Part shown: in pieces, positions 1 to 20,100 of the stretch
How the letters are laid out: each line of letters starts with the position of its first letter
How positions within the stretch are numbered: the stretch's first letter is position 1
DNA from: Lytechinus pictus
Taxonomy: Eukaryota
Direction of reading: 5' to 3'
Assembly: GCF_037042905.1 (NCBI RefSeq)
Contig: NC_087248.1
Coordinates: 15,066,001-15,130,000 of the forward strand
DNA length: 64,000 nucleotides
The notes under the pieces: model-generated
Seen by the model: the letters and a program-made list of their open reading frames with translations, nothing else
Databases searched by the model: none
What the model was told of the DNA's origin: nothing
Made by a program: the position numbers and the translations under genes

Positions 1-366
1 TTTTGGAGGGTAGGGGGCTCGCCAAATAGTGACACACTTTTTTTTGTAAAATGTTATGCAAGAAAAAATGATCTTCAATCATTATCAGCTACCTTTCATT
101 TTTTTTTAGGGGGGGGGGGCTTGTCAAATTTTACGTGGGACAATTAAATGACCTTCATTTTTTAGTGATTTTTTTTTTTATACTTGACAAATTTTAAGAG
201 GAACAAAATGGCCTTCAATCATTTTTAGTTAAAACCTTTTTTTGGGAGGGGGGCTTGCCAAATATTTCACAAACAAAATGAACTTCAATTTTAGTGACCA
301 TCTTTTTATTACTTTTAAAATTTCACGCAGGACAAAATGACCTTCACTTTTTTTCAATGTTATGTT

Positions 367-566
367 ATATCGAGATTTTTTACCTGACTGCTAAAAAAGC
401 ACGAATGCCTGTGAGCAAGCAACCAGGGGACCAACGGCTTAAGGTCCTCTCCGAGGGACCTGGTAATGAGGATAAGCCTTAAGGGCACTAGCGCACCACT
501 TGGGAATCGAACCCGGGTCACCGGAATCCGAAACCCCTGCTCTACCGACTGAGCCATCGCGCCTCC
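367..566 (-). mobile_element. tRNA-derived SINE (family A, copy 1)
   Basis: Minus strand begins GGAGGCGCGATGGCTCAGTCGGTAGAGC (A box) ... GGGTTCGATTCCC (B box), then a non-tRNA body; near-identical copy at 44518-44725. Confidence 0.8.
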
Positions 567-1549
567 GATATGTTAAACTTGGGGGGGGGGGAGGCTTGCC
601 AAATATTACACGGACAAAATGAGTCTTTTATTTTTAGTAACCATCTTTTCTTTTTACTTGTCAAATCTTACGCGAGACAAAATGACAATTTTTCTGGGAT
701 AACCTTTTTGGGGGGGTTGTCAAATTTTACTTGAGAAATTGCACCCCCCTACTTTGGAAAATCGAAGATTAAGATCATGAGTATAGCCTACATCTCAGAG
801 GCATAAACAGATGGGGGCATGGCTGGCCATCCCCCGAGTGGATTTCACCTGAAAAAAAAACATAGGAGCAACGGAAGGAAGAAAGAAAGAAAAATGAAAG
901 AAAGAACGAAAGGAAATTTAAAAAGGAAAGTAATGTGAGAACAAATAATCCGGGGGGGGGGGCTACTCAGATAATAAAAAAATCTGCCATCTGTAATTAA
1001 ATTGGATTAGTTAATATCCAGAGGTCCCAGGGCTACCAACATACATGTAGCGCGGGCAGTGCATGGCGTACCTAGGATTTTCCACAGGGGGGCAAAATCG
1101 GCCGCCAAAAAATTTGACAAGCAAAAAAAAAGGAAAAAAAGGCTCTTCAATGAAAAAGGTCTTCAATCGTACCAGAAAAAATTTGACAAGCAAAAAAAAA
1201 GTCTTCAAGCTCGCCAGGGGGGGCAAAATAGGTATTCAAGCTCGTCGGGGGGGGGCAAAATAGGTTTTCAAGCTCGTCAGGGGGGCCGGGGGGCAGAGAT
1301 ATGTAATTTGCATGGGTTTGTGACTCATCGGGGGGGGGGGGGGGGGGGGCAGACTGCCCCCCCCCTAGGTACGCTAGTGCTCGGGACTTACATTACGTAA
1401 CTTTTATCTTCCACATGCGACATGTACTATGCCCCCTCTTATATACCCCTGTTATGCCCCTGCACAGACTCGTCTACATTGATTTCGATATTTAAGCGTC
1501 ATTATAAAATTATAGCAAAAAGAACGCCTTGATTAAAGGCCATTACCCC

Positions 1550-1995
1550 TAGACCAAAAGCTTCTGTCTCTGTTATGTTGGTTGTTCAGCTGAACTCCGT
1601 TGGCTTCACTCACCAAATACAGAGACCGAAGTTCTAGCGCGATCTGTACAGGGGACTCAATGGCCATATGTTTATGTACTTAAGATCGGATAAAACAGGG
1701 AAGTGAATTTGCGCGACAGCCGAGGTAAGTCACTGTTTTTGTTCCTTTTAACTTGATTTTTCTCCGTTTCTTGGCAATAAATGCCAAGAGGGAATGTTAA
1801 TTTGTATTTTGGTCGCATTAATTTTCAAAAAAAAATTTCATTAAAGACAAAAATTGAAGAGCCCCGACGGGGGGATTTTGCATTGCAAGTCCCCTAATGG
1901 TGGCTGCACGATAGCGAGCCGTCTGTGTATGAGGAGAAATAAAAAAAAACAAAATGTTAAAAAACTCCTCAAAACAGACGGCTGCCAGCTGTCTA
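1550..1995. mobile_element. Non-autonomous DNA transposon with TAGAC...GTCTA ends (hAT-like), copy 1
   Basis: Flanked by 8-bp direct repeat ATTACCCC (1542-1549, 1996-2003); reverse-orientation copies at 36543-36997 and ~46450-47025. Confidence 0.7.
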
Positions 1996-2639
1996 ATTAC
2001 CCCTAGAGACTCGCGAGCGTCATGTGACAACTCGCCCTGGATTTGCACGTACAGGATCCTATGGCGACAAAATCCATCGCAAGAGTTGGCCAGAAGAGGC
2101 GATGAAAACACAAAATTTGGAAAGAAAAGAACCCGTGAGTACCCGTTTTACATTATAATTATGAAATTAGTATATAATTGATAACATAGACCTAAATTTA
2201 GGCCGTAATTTTGATTAATTTGCTGGAAATTCAAGGCCAAAACATACCCGTCTGGCGTCGACTTTTCCAACACGCGTTGGAATAGCGGTGTAGCCCCAGA
2301 GTGCTCAAGACTGGATATCACTGCTAAATGATTATGACACTGACAGTAGTGTCACACTTTCACTGTCACTGACACAGAACGAAATTAGGTGGGACTGAGC
2401 ACATGAATACGTCTGATAATTTTTAATTACCACTCACCTGGACTCCTCCTCGAGTATGTAGACTGCATGGTGGGATATCTCACAAAAGGTGACTCAGACT
2501 CAGAGTATAATAGCGAATAATTGCAATAATCTTGCTCCAAAGGCAAAAGAACGGACTATTCACAAAGCGACGTGGCGTTTTCTCATATGATACGGTCAGC
2601 TGAATCCTCGCACTCCCACATTAAGTTGTGCTAATGTGT

Positions 2640-2770
2640 CGCATTCTCTGATTGGTCAGAACTTTGTGAAGTATTCATCATTGGCCAACCAATGTATGTC
2701 TTGGAAAATCGCTCAGTATTTGGTTTAAAGGGCCGACGTAAACAAACCATCCCTCTACTAACACGTGCAG
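2640..2770 (+). promoter_or_regulatory. Putative NSUN4 proximal promoter
   Basis: Clustered CCAAT/ATTGG boxes (~2651, 2680-2693) and a CACGTG E-box (2763) 70-190 bp upstream of the ATG. Confidence 0.35.
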
Positions 2771-2837
2771 AGAGTGTTTCATGTGAACTTGTAATATTAG
2801 AGTTTTTACGACGTTTGCTGCAGATAGTTTCTACATT

Positions 2838-8382
<5,545 letters not shown>

Positions 8383-9254
8383 CATATTTTCACCCGAGAC
8401 TCCAGAAAATTACTTTTTGTGATAGTTGTGATAATAAGAGAAACAAAGCATGGGAAAGGGAATTTGAATGTCTATGCGATTCTTCCTGCTGCATATATAT
8501 ATATATATACTGTAGGATTTAATGCAAGACCATCACTGGTAAAATGTATGGGTCAAAGGTCATTAATTGGGTGTAAACCAACTGCCGTGTGCTTCTTAGA
8601 CATGCATATTGGGATTTTTAAATATTTTAAATATCGAATGAGTATTGATTTTTTTAGTATAGAGTATGATCAAAACGTGTTCTCATATTCTATTCACTAT
8701 AGTCATTTTTATGATGTCATCTATTAAAAAAGATAGCCCAAAACCTAGCTCGATGATGTATGGTACCATTGCAACAGCTGTACTGTACAACCCCTGCACA
8801 TACAATCCATTGTGATACAATTTATTAACATATTGCATTTTGTTGCATCAACTATATTGAAAGTTCAACAAGTAAAAGAATCAGGTTGATGTTAGGACTT
8901 GAATACACAACTAAAAATTCTGCTTTACAGTATTAGCCTTGTGGTATGGAGCAAAGTTAACCTGTCTTCAAATTGCGGTTGATAACAAGACTTATATAAC
9001 ACTACTACAATTTTGAATTGATTACCCTTTTATTCCTATAGAGATGTTTGATATACTAGATTTAGAATTTTGATTCATAACACTATTCAGACCTTTGATC
9101 TTAAGATTTTATTGGTTGGAATTCTCAAATATTATTCAAGATTTTTTGCAAACAGATTGTGTAGTGTGCACTGGGCTTAAAAGTAAACTTGCATGCGATA
9201 CGCTATACTCTGATGAAATCACTAAACTACATAATTCTGGTCACAAACAACTTA

Positions 9255-9673
9255 AAGCCCCCATCACACTTATTCCGAATCAAGCAGAATTGGCCTGAAT
9301 GAAAGGACTATTGTTTGACCACCAGTTGGTCATTTAAATCTACTTCGAACACCGTTCGAAAATATCCCTCGAATGTTTTGAACATGACCAAAACCTTCGG
9401 GATGGCCAAAAGAAATGACAAAAATATTTCGAATGCACTCAGAATGCAGTCAGGATATTTAGAATGTCCAAGAACGTAGCACGAATTATCAATCTGACTC
9501 CATTGCGGTTCATTTTGACTAGTGTATGATGATACACGTCAATTTTCTGAATTTCAACTCCAGTTTGGTGAATTCATAAGTTCCTCCCCAAAATTTCTAG
9601 ATTTTTTGAATATTTTTTTCTTTCCAGCTTCTGCTTGATTCCTGCTGATTCCGAATAAGTGTGATGGGGGCTT
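9255..9673. mobile_element. MITE
   Basis: TIR AAGCCCCCATCACACTTATTC ... GAATAAGTGTGATGGGGGCTT. Confidence 0.75.
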
Positions 9674-10134
9674 TACATAGACAAATCACAAGCCTTTTTA
9701 AATAGTTGTTTTGTCAACTGTTTATTCTATTTAAATGAACACTAAACATCATATGTATAAAACTACAGGCTAATGCACATCCATATTATGAATTTATTTT
9801 CATCAATTACACTTGTTTTGGCATAAAAAATTGAATGCAGTTCTCTCCTTTTCCCCTATTTGATTTCTTTTCCTTTTTGGGTATAATTCGATTATTAAAA
9901 GTTTTGATATTAGTGATTACAATTATTCTCAACCAAAAATAAGGTTATGCTATCTTTTTTTCAGAATTAAGAAATATGCAAAATGCTTTTTCTTCTAAAA
10001 TCAGTTTGTAAACCAGTTATTTGCCTGTAATAGATGGTTTCTTATGGGAGCACACACTGACGGAATTCGTCAATAAAGACTTCCTGTCGAAATTACACAA
10101 CTACAACTGTTCCCCTTGGTCTTGGTATGGAAAT

Positions 10135-11196
10135 TTCATTGTGCAATGATGACAGAAGCTGGACGGCCTTAGAGCCTGCTCTGGCTCTTTCAGTCTTGAC
10201 CAAGCTTTGACAGTTTAACCTTTTCTATTGAGCCTTTCCAGGGTAACTGCATTGTCTTTCTAGGCAGCTTTCATTGTACAATGATGAGAGGGAGTGGACC
10301 GTCCCAGACGCTGCTTTGGCTTCTTTTAGTCTGGACCAAGCTTTGACAGCTTCACCCTTTCTATCAAGTTTCTCCAGGATTACTGTATAGTCTTTCTAGG
10401 CAGGTTTCATTGTACAATGATAAGAGGGAGTCGACCGTCCCGGTCGCTGCTTTGACTTCTTTTAGTCTGGACCAAGCTTTAACAGTTTCACTCTTTCTAT
10501 CAAGCTTCTCCAGGATTACTGCATGGTCTTTGTAGTAAGGTTTCATTGTACAATGATGAGAGGGAGTGGACCGTCCCAGAGGCTTCTTTTAGTCTTGACC
10601 AAGCTTTGACAGCTTCACCCTTTCTATTTAGCTTCTCCAGGATTACTGTATGGTCTTTGTAGGCAGGTTTCAGGGTACAATGATGAGAGGGAGTGGACCG
10701 TCCCAGATGCTGATTTGGCTTCTTTTAGTCTGGACCAAGCTTTGACAGCTTCACCCTTTCTATTTAGCTTCTCCAGGATTACTGTATGGTCTTTGTAGGC
10801 AGGTTTCAGGGTACAATGACGAGAGGGAGTGGACCGTCCCAGATGCTGATTTGGCTTCTTTTAGTCTGGACCAAGCTTTGACAGTTTCACCCTTTCTATC
10901 AAGCTTCTCCAGGACTACTGCATGGTCTTTCTAGGCAGGTTTCATTGTATAATGTTGAGAGGAAGTTGACCGTCTCAGATGCTGCTTTGGCTTCTTTTAG
11001 TCTGGACCAAGCTTTGACAGTTTCACCCTTTCTATCAAGCTTCTCCAGGATTACTGCATGGTCTTTGTAGGCAGGTTTCATTGTACAATGATGAGAGGGA
11101 GTGGACCTTCCCAGACGCTGCTTTGGCTTCTTTTAGTCTGGACCAAGCTTTGACAGCTTCACCCTTTCTATTTAGCTTCTCCAGGATTACTGCATG
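10135..11196 (-). repeat. 136-bp tandem array (8 units) derived from the last FANCG coding exon
   Basis: Anchor AAGCTTT(G/A)ACAG at 10202, 10338, 10474, 10601, 10737, 10873, 11009, 11145 (spacing 136, one 127). Confidence 0.93.
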
Positions 11197-14100
11197 GGTC
11201 CTCAAGGAATCTGTATTACCTGCATATGAGATAAGGATGAGAGAGGGTGAGTGAGAGAGAGGGAGGATAAGAGAGAGTGGGAAAGGAATCGGGAGAAGTG
11301 TATATGAGAGAGACAAGAATGGGAGAGAAGAAAAAATAGAAAGGGAAAATACGAAAAGGAGGAAGAGAGGAAGTAAAAGAGGTAAAAGATGGTTAAACTA
11401 TCGACAAATATCTAAGAGTTCAATAGAATAATATGCATCCATTTAAATCAAGTTGGGCAATGTATCGTGCAATACCTGAAACGATGCCAAATTCCCATTT
11501 TTGAAGTTCATGCATGGAAAAAGAATTCTGATATCTGATAATTTAAAATATTCCTTAGTTACGAGTCCATAGATAAGAAATTGCAAAGCCCATTTAAGTT
11601 ACTGATTCCATGATATGTAATGGAGCAATCAAATATTATTCCCAAGCCTACATATATTATTGAACAGTTACATGGGTTAATATAATATTGGCTTCGCACT
11701 AAAGCCACAAATGAGTTTCTCACTGGAATACTAAAATATCATTTCCAGGCCTAGCATTGACAAGTATGAATGATTTATGGATATAAAGGGTTCGCCAGTT
11801 TTAAAGCCACAAATTAGTTTCTAACTGGGATACTATAATATCACTCCAAGGTCTACCTACTAATGTTTTAAAGGTTAATAAGACTTCAAACTAAAGCCAC
11901 AATTTCTTACTGGGAAAGCAGTGGAGGCTTTGCAAGACGACTTTCATTGCATCGTGTGGCTGATTCTGACTCATTAAAATTGATGCTTTGAGCTGATATG
12001 CAATAGATTTCAGGATTGATGACTGCGTTGACTGACTGTCGAATAGGGAGCTTCCTATATTGTCTGGTATTTTCAGGCCATCTGATACTGTATGTTGGAA
12101 AATAAAGTCAGAAGTGACAGGTGTCAAAACCCTTTATCTCAAGAATGCAAAGGAAATAAAATTCAAGACATATGAAAAATTGATGCTGACAACATTACAA
12201 TACTAAGAAAGAGATTGATCTTAATTATTGGAAAAGTATCAACCACATTAACCATCAAAGAAACAATAGAAAAAATAGAAATAAAAACAAAAATACACAG
12301 GAAATTTTTAAAACAATAAAATACCTACAGTGGAAAGTAACATTTTCATACCAATTTTAAAGTTTATGTGCATGTGATCAAAATCCTACAATGAGTCCCG
12401 AGACAGAATGATTGCTTTATTTATAGATTTACAGCCACATCATAAATTCATGCATAAATTAGCACAATTAATTCATGTAAAAGAGATTCAGTGAAATCTG
12501 GCCATGTAACCTTATAGATCATGTAAGTTTTTTTACCATCGTGCAATATTCTGTTGTGATCGCACAATTTGCAGCCGAGGTTTTGAGGGGGTAATAATGC
12601 CCCCCAATCCCTGACTGACAAGACTAGAAATACCCAGAAAATAATAGGTTAAAATATGGAGCTGAGACAAAACAACTTGAACAAGACAGATCCTTGACTG
12701 TACGCACATCAGAACACCAAACTTCTACGATTATCAAATAATGATCTTTGTTACTTTTGACCTTCAACCTTGTAACCCCTACTATATGCATACATGAGTA
12801 AAGTTTGAAGTTGATAACTCGAAAAATATGGTACAGACGGACGGATGGACAGACAACCCCAAATCATCATGCCACCAGCACCCTCCTTTGGTGAGAGGTA
12901 ACATACTAGTAACTGATGTGAAAAGTGGCAGGGCGGGTTGACTCATGCATTTGTACCAAAAGAGATTAAAAGATCACTGTTTTAGCATTTGAAAGATAAT
13001 AATTGATACATACAGTATACGGGATAAGTCTAGAAACAGTACAAATTCAAGAAAAGAGTTCAGAGGTAAAAAGAGAAATTCCCTTCCTATAGTGAGCAGT
13101 CATTGAGACAATCTTTGTTTAGGATTTTTTTTCTACATAATATCATTCACCAATTTGGTCACATCAACTCCCTTTTATTGGGGGGGGGGGTTCTATTTGG
13201 CAATATCATCATGACTCATAACATGATAATTGATATTAATCAGATTTTAGCAGATAGAAAATATGTTTTACCTGAATCGATTCTTCTCCTTTTAGCCTTG
13301 CTGATATCATCTGTGCCCTCATTCTCCTCTATCCTTTGGCCATCCTCGACTCTTTCCGCTATACTGGTCTGCAAGATTCCCAAAGCACACTCAACTTCTG
13401 TCATGGCCAGCTCGGCTTTATGTTCCTTGAAGAGGCAATGTGCTTGCAGTATCAGGGCATGTGCGGTGTAGATTTCATCCTCTTCCTTCTCTTGTCTTCC
13501 ACTATCAGAATTGCTACTGTCAATGTGGACTTGGTTTTCAAGTGTTGATGAGGATGTTCCTGTGACTGCCAAGGTCTCATTCTGCTCCCGCTGCCTCTTC
13601 CTTCTGCCTACAGTGTCCCCAGAACCGCTTTGACCTTGCATGCCAGTACCATGATGGCCAACATTAATACCATGTCCAAGGGTGTGATGTCCACCGGAAC
13701 CACTGCTGCATCCAGGTATACTCCCATCCCTACCATCCCCGCCTCCTTGGTTGACTGGGTGTGAGCTCCTCTCCGCCTTGGAACGCTCCTCGGAAGACGG
13801 TGTTGCACATGGCACCAAGAAAGGGAACCTGCGGGATGACCTCTTGGTTTCATCATCATCCATCTCAGAGGATGAATCTGGTATGTTGTCATGTTGGAGA
13901 AGAGACGATTTGGACAGGAGTTTATCACACACCGCCAGTGCTTCCTGGGTTTTGCCTGCCTTCAGGAGGGCAGTGGCAGCATCCAAATAAATGGTTTTCA
14001 GAGGAGGCAGGAGTGAATTACCTCGGCTGCCTCTATCCTGAAAAGATAGATAAAACCATCCGTGATCAAATACATATCCACTCCCTCTTCCAGTAAAATT

Positions 14101-17100
14101 TTTAGAAATAACATGTTCCCATAAAAATACTTTGCAAATGCACATGTTATCTGAATGAAAAGAATTCTTAATTTGAAAGTGATTCTATAAAATACAGCCA
14201 ACCCCCTATAATGTGGGACCTTCATAAACTTATTTGACTCTCTTTTCTGCATGTAGATCTTATATACAAATTTGTATTGCTCTCAAATGGTCATTACTTG
14301 GGCATTTCATGAACTGAAGTAAGAATGGAAAAAATGAGGTGTCAGACGTCCAAAAAGTTGATTCTTTTTGTAGAATTGCCCTCAAATTCCTTCAAATTTC
14401 TCAAGATTTACAAAAATTTGTCTTATGATTGATTACCAAAAAAGAAAACTCAAATTAAGATTGATCTCAATAGTGTGCCTAACTATTAAAGAGTGAGAAC
14501 AATGTCAATTGGAGCTTCATTTGATTTAATCACAACTCTTTGAAATAGTAATAATACAGGGCATATGAGGGGTACACTTTTTTTTCCTTTTCTTCTTTTT
14601 GCTCCTGATATTTTTCAATGTGGCAAATATCAACCTCTCCTACTTTCATGGTCTAATGCTTTTGTTGATGACAACCATATTTTACAGGCTTGTATTGCAA
14701 TGAAACTGAACAAACTTACAAAGGCCAGAGAGCCGTTTTCAAGTAGTCCAACGTCAGAGAGTAAGGCCATAAACATATCAACAGCAATGTCAGTCCTGCA
14801 CAATTAGATACAAAGTGAACAGCAATAACGGCAATGCTCCAAGCTCATCATTCTACCAGGGAGAGTTTCATGAAGCAAAAATAAAGTTATTTTCACTGAC
14901 TAAATTGCTCTAAGCCAATCAGATGCAAGGATTTCAGTAGCTTATAACAAATAGTCAGTGAAAATCACTGACAACTTGTTTCATGGAATGCTCCCTTGAT
15001 ATTAGGCAGATCAAGACTGCAGTACAATTTCTGTGATGTGGAGACGTGTTGGGTTTTTTATTTTGTGAAGACGATAGCAGCACTCTTTAAATTATATCAC
15101 AAGAGAAAATCAGTGCATTTTTACCATTGTTTTATATAATGGGTATGCACTTTGATTTGAAAGGTGTATGCAGTGCACTTCTCAGTTTTATGATGTAACA
15201 ATCATCCAGAATATGAAGCTCCGGGACATAACCGAGAACAATTGTGAGAAAAATGTTTAGCACAGGGATCTCCTAGATCCATACAGGGCGGTTCATGTGC
15301 AATTCTGAGAAATCAATGTGTTACAACAAGATGGAAAACAGGTTTTAGAACGACTCAGTGACATTTACATGCAGGAAATTTAATTTACATACAGGAAATT
15401 GATATTGGATTGCAAGAAACCAAACACATTATAGTAATGCCTAAAATAATATATGTTTGCTGCAATGGAGGTAAAACAAAATGGGTCAGTCAGTCAGTGT
15501 TTTTTCTTCTCCTTCCCAGTCATGGATGAACATTTACCTTGCCATTCACCAGTAAAACAAAACAAATAATTCAGCAAACAATTAAAGTTATGGTTGGCAA
15601 GCACCTTTTTTTTTTTTTTTTTTTTTTTTGTGGGGGAGGGGGGTCCTATTTAAATAAAAATATGATTTAGCTGACTTGGCAAAGGTTGGTCAGGTTATGG
15701 CAAATTTTTTTTTTTTTGGGGGGGGGTTGCCTAACCCCATTGATGGGCCGGGGGCTGTTTCATAAAGCTGTTTGTACGTTAAGACTGGTGATCCTTTCTA
15801 GTGGTAAATGATATTGACCATTAATTGTTCATTGGTGATTATTTAGTGTGTTAGAAAGGTTCACCAGTCGTTCTTTACTTACGAACAGCTGTATGAAAGA
15901 CCCTCCTGGCTATAAAATACTCACTGGTTGAGATCATGGCTACGCTTTGCCAGGATGTAGACCCCTGTCCAATAATCAAAGGATTGTATGGGAAAATTAG
16001 ACTTCCTCTTTGTCCAAGAAACTGGAAGTAGCAGCACTGCTGGCCATGCAGGACTAGGACTGATAAAGGTATCGTCTCCATTCTCATCTGCAGTCTGGTC
16101 TAACGCAAGGGCCTATAATATATGTGACGACAGAAGTCTGACGACTTTACACAAGTCTGTGTGACATTTAGCCTACTTATAAAATCAGCAACCTTAGTGT
16201 AACGACAGACATCACTGCCCTGCGTTAAATCCTAGAGATTTGTCACCAATAGTGTACTTAAAATCAGACATCGTTTTGTATCTCTTTCAAAGTGATTACA
16301 AACCTTGTGTAAAGTGGCCAGAGCGGTAGGCAAGGGGTGTAGTTCTAACTTACAGAGAAATGAAGTGGACAACCTTACTCGATGATTGCCTGTGATGAAC
16401 TGCCCTGGGCTGAACAACTTTGAACCTCAGGGGTTTATTTGGCATAAAAAATGTACATGCTTGATTTATATATAACAAAGATAAATAATGGATATTCAAA
16501 TAGCAAAGGTAGCAAAAAAAAGAAATACATGAATATACATGGATATGAATAGCTGCTATTGAATATTAATGAACTTAAGTCAGAGGGAGAGAACCAATCA
16601 GAGAATAAGAACTTGGCAAGAGTCAAGTATGTGTGAACATGAGCATGAACAAAAGAGAGGGATGGAAGAATGAATCTGGTATGTTGAAAGGAATGTAAAG
16701 AAGGTGATGGAAGAAAAGATGGAATTTTGATGACTAACAGAGGAGAGAGGATGAACAAGAATAATGAAGAAGACATCTATAAATAACATTAAGTATTCTT
16801 GAAACCCTGTTCACACTACAGCTCTACACTTGGTTAAAGACTACATTTTTTTCTAAAATCATACAGTGGGGGCACTGTGGTCCACTAGTTATGTCTCATG
16901 TATTTCAATCAGAGATTATTACTAGATAGGCATTTATAAATCCATATTATCATTACACTTAAAGGTCTGCTGATTAATCCTTCTCTCTGTGCTTTAGATA
17001 CCATGTTCAGTGAAGTATTTCTTTAATTATTCAATTATCACACTCGGTACACGTTTTACAAATTATACGCAAATTGAGAACTTTGTCTCCTTCTGCAGAT

Positions 17101-20100
17101 TTTTCATTGTCATAAAAATCGCACATTTCAACTAATTTTTATGCTTGAAAGGAGAGCAAATATACTGACCTTTACTAAGAGATGGAGAGATTTCATTTCT
17201 GCGTCTTCATCCCCCAGATCTCTATAGGTAACAGACAGGTTGAAGAGGGACAGTGGTGGAATGACTGAACAGCTTGCAAGAGCTTTCCTGAACTGCTGCT
17301 GTGCCATATGAGGTTTTCCCTGGTAGCAAGAGAATGAGACAAAATTCATGGTCATGCTTGCTCATTCGAGTTATCTACCGGTAAATATCCAATGTTAAAA
17401 TTCAAGAAAAAAATTAAAATACAATGGAAAATTATAGTGCCTCTTTCGTTTAGCCACTGGGCTTGATGGAATCTGATTAGTTTCTACACTGTTAAATCAC
17501 TGGGGTACACCTGAGAAACAGGTTTTTTCCCTGGTAATGTAATGTTGTAGACACTAGAACCGGTGTGTTGGGTCAGTTGGTAGAGCGTCCGTCTCACAAC
17601 CGGGAGGTCGGGGGTACAAACCCCGGCCGCGTCAGACCAAAAGACGCTAAAAGAGGGAGTTGCCCCTACCATGTTCAACAATTAAAGGGATAGAGCCTCG
17701 TCAATCTGGCGCTGCATAGCAGCTGCCAGGCCCACGATCAATTGGGCAAAGTAAATTTTCGGAGTATTACATTTCATGTCTATTTCGAACAATAAAATAT
17801 GGATTTTCATCTTTCATCTAATCAGATTCCGCTGACCACAGTGGCTGAACAAATTTGGTCCAGAATGTGGATATGGCAAAACTAAGATTTCATGTGCCAA
17901 GATTACCGAGATTTAATTTTCCAAACCAAATTAACAAAGGTTCAAAACTATTGGTGAAAATTATTCATCCTCATTTTGACGGGCAATGCCCCCTCCCCCC
18001 CTCGTTGCCAGTCCAACCTTGGATGGATAATTCCCTCCTATACTTTCTTAAATCCTGGTAAATGTCTATCTATTGATAATATTTGTCATCAGTGTTACAT
18101 CACCAATAGGAAGACAGATCTCACCATTTGCCTAAGACAGCATCCCATAAGGTTGTATACTTGGACAGAGACACCATCTTTGGAGATAATCTCAGTCAGT
18201 CGCTGACAGGCATCTAGCGCTTCAGTGAAGTTGCCATGGTGATATAGACAGAAGGCTGGAGAAGGAGATGACATCCTTGTAAAACATTTCAATTTTTTCA
18301 TTAGTTTGATTAGTATGGTAGTAATTGGGCTTGTACCCTAAATGGTTTGATTATACGCATAGGCGGTGAAAGCGGGGGGGGGGGGGGGGGGGGGGGGGTT
18401 GCCGATCCCCCCCCCCCTAAATTTGTAGTTGATAACCCTTTTTTTTTTTTGCTTGTCAATTTTGTTTCCTGCCTGGACCCCCAAAAATTTTTCAATGGTC
18501 CCCCCCTAAAATTTTGGTTGATACCTTTTTTGGGGGGTTTGTCAAAAAATTTGGGTGGTCCCCCCCTAAATTTTTTTGGCTTCCGCCGCCTATGATTATA
18601 CGAAGAAAACTACAATAAATATCATATTATACATTAATTGAAATTCACATGTATTCCAGATAATGGGCATGGAATCAAATCAAATTGCAACCAGAATGTC
18701 ACAAAAGTTCAGAAAGAGTACCTGTAAGTCTAAACTTTCATACAGAGGCTGAAAACTCAAGGGGCAGGGAAAATTTCACCACCATTTGTCAAAATGACTC
18801 TATATCAAGTTGAAGGGGAGGGGAGTAAATAAGAGAGAAATGGTATAAATACATTTTTTGGGGTCTCCTCTTCCTCTCACTTCCTTCTTCTATCTATCTT
18901 AATCCTTTTATGCTGATTAAAGGCCAAATCCATTCCAACAACAAATGGATATGGATTTTCATTTTTTTCAACTGACCTCTTATATACTGGACTTGATCCT
19001 GTAGTTGATCCGGTATAGAATGCAGCTCTTTATTGATAATCTCAACACATTTGATCCATTCTTCAGCTTGAACCAAAGAACATACTCTCAGGTAGCTTAT
19101 GATACCTCTCAACTGCATTCTGAAACCTGAAATAATAAAACAATTTATGTTATGTTATATACAACATATGGACAATAATAATTACAGTAATAATAATAAT
19201 TACAATAATAATAATAATTACAATAATAATAATAACTACAATAATAATTATAATAATAATGATAATAATTACAATAATAATAATTACGATAATAATAATA
19301 ACTATAATAATAACAGTTCTTGTATAGTGCTTATCACATTATTTTATAACATCTCCATTCCTCTGATTGATCATAAATATCTCCAAAGATGACATTGACA
19401 TACAATTGCTTGGTAATATTTAAAAAAAAAAACATTTTCTGCATGTATTTCCACAAATACATGCAAAATGCTTTGAAAGAATGTCTAGCCAAAGCTTTAC
19501 AAGAAAATGTAATTCACACACATCTTGTTGTGCACATATTCTCAATTTGCAAATATTTGGAAATGGATATAGAGCACCAATTCATGAAAGTTGTCAGAAC
19601 TAAGTAAATCATCAGCTCCAACAATTTCAGTGAAATACCAAATTTTAATTGACCAAGAAGTGCTGTTCCCTGACTGTTTCTATGGTAACCGACGATGACA
19701 ACTATAGTCAGTGTTGACCAGCTTCATTGCCATGGCCTTACCCAAATTCTCTGTTGCAGTCTGTTGTTGGTGATGAGTTGAATCTTGTGCTTGTACTCGG
19801 CTATGTCTCTGACTCTGAAAAAACCCAAGATATGAAGTATTTATCAATAAATTTATAGATAAATCAATGCAGTTAACTTAATACCACTCTTACAAATGTT
19901 GCCCCTTTTATATTTTGTTTCATCCATTCCCAGTTTTTACCATTTACTTTTGGTTTTAATACTAATTCGAATTGTTCTTGATCACTTGATCATTGAATTG
20001 TACCAGAGTTTGGGTCTAGTTTCATAAAGACATACAGTTATGGTAACTACCATGGAAACTCTGCTTTTGATTTTTGGCTACTGAGCCCTATTGTTACCAT

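Noticed and set aside
490-566. tRNA genes at 490-566, 5990-6060, 17559-17630 and 44650-44725
   Set aside because: A/B boxes are present but the cloverleafs are incomplete and continue into repeat bodies; these are SINE heads.
1011-1400. Lys/Gly-rich ORFs (also 18310-18595 and 20078-20492)
   Set aside because: Arise from poly-A/poly-G tracts in MITE-like repeats.
10135-11196. CRISPR-like array, or several small genes (ORFs 10364, 10899)
   Set aside because: Units are contiguous with no unique spacers, in a eukaryotic context; the ORFs are frame-shifted copies of one FANCG exon segment.
19099-19392. Poly-Asn protein
   Set aside because: Translation of an intronic AAT microsatellite.
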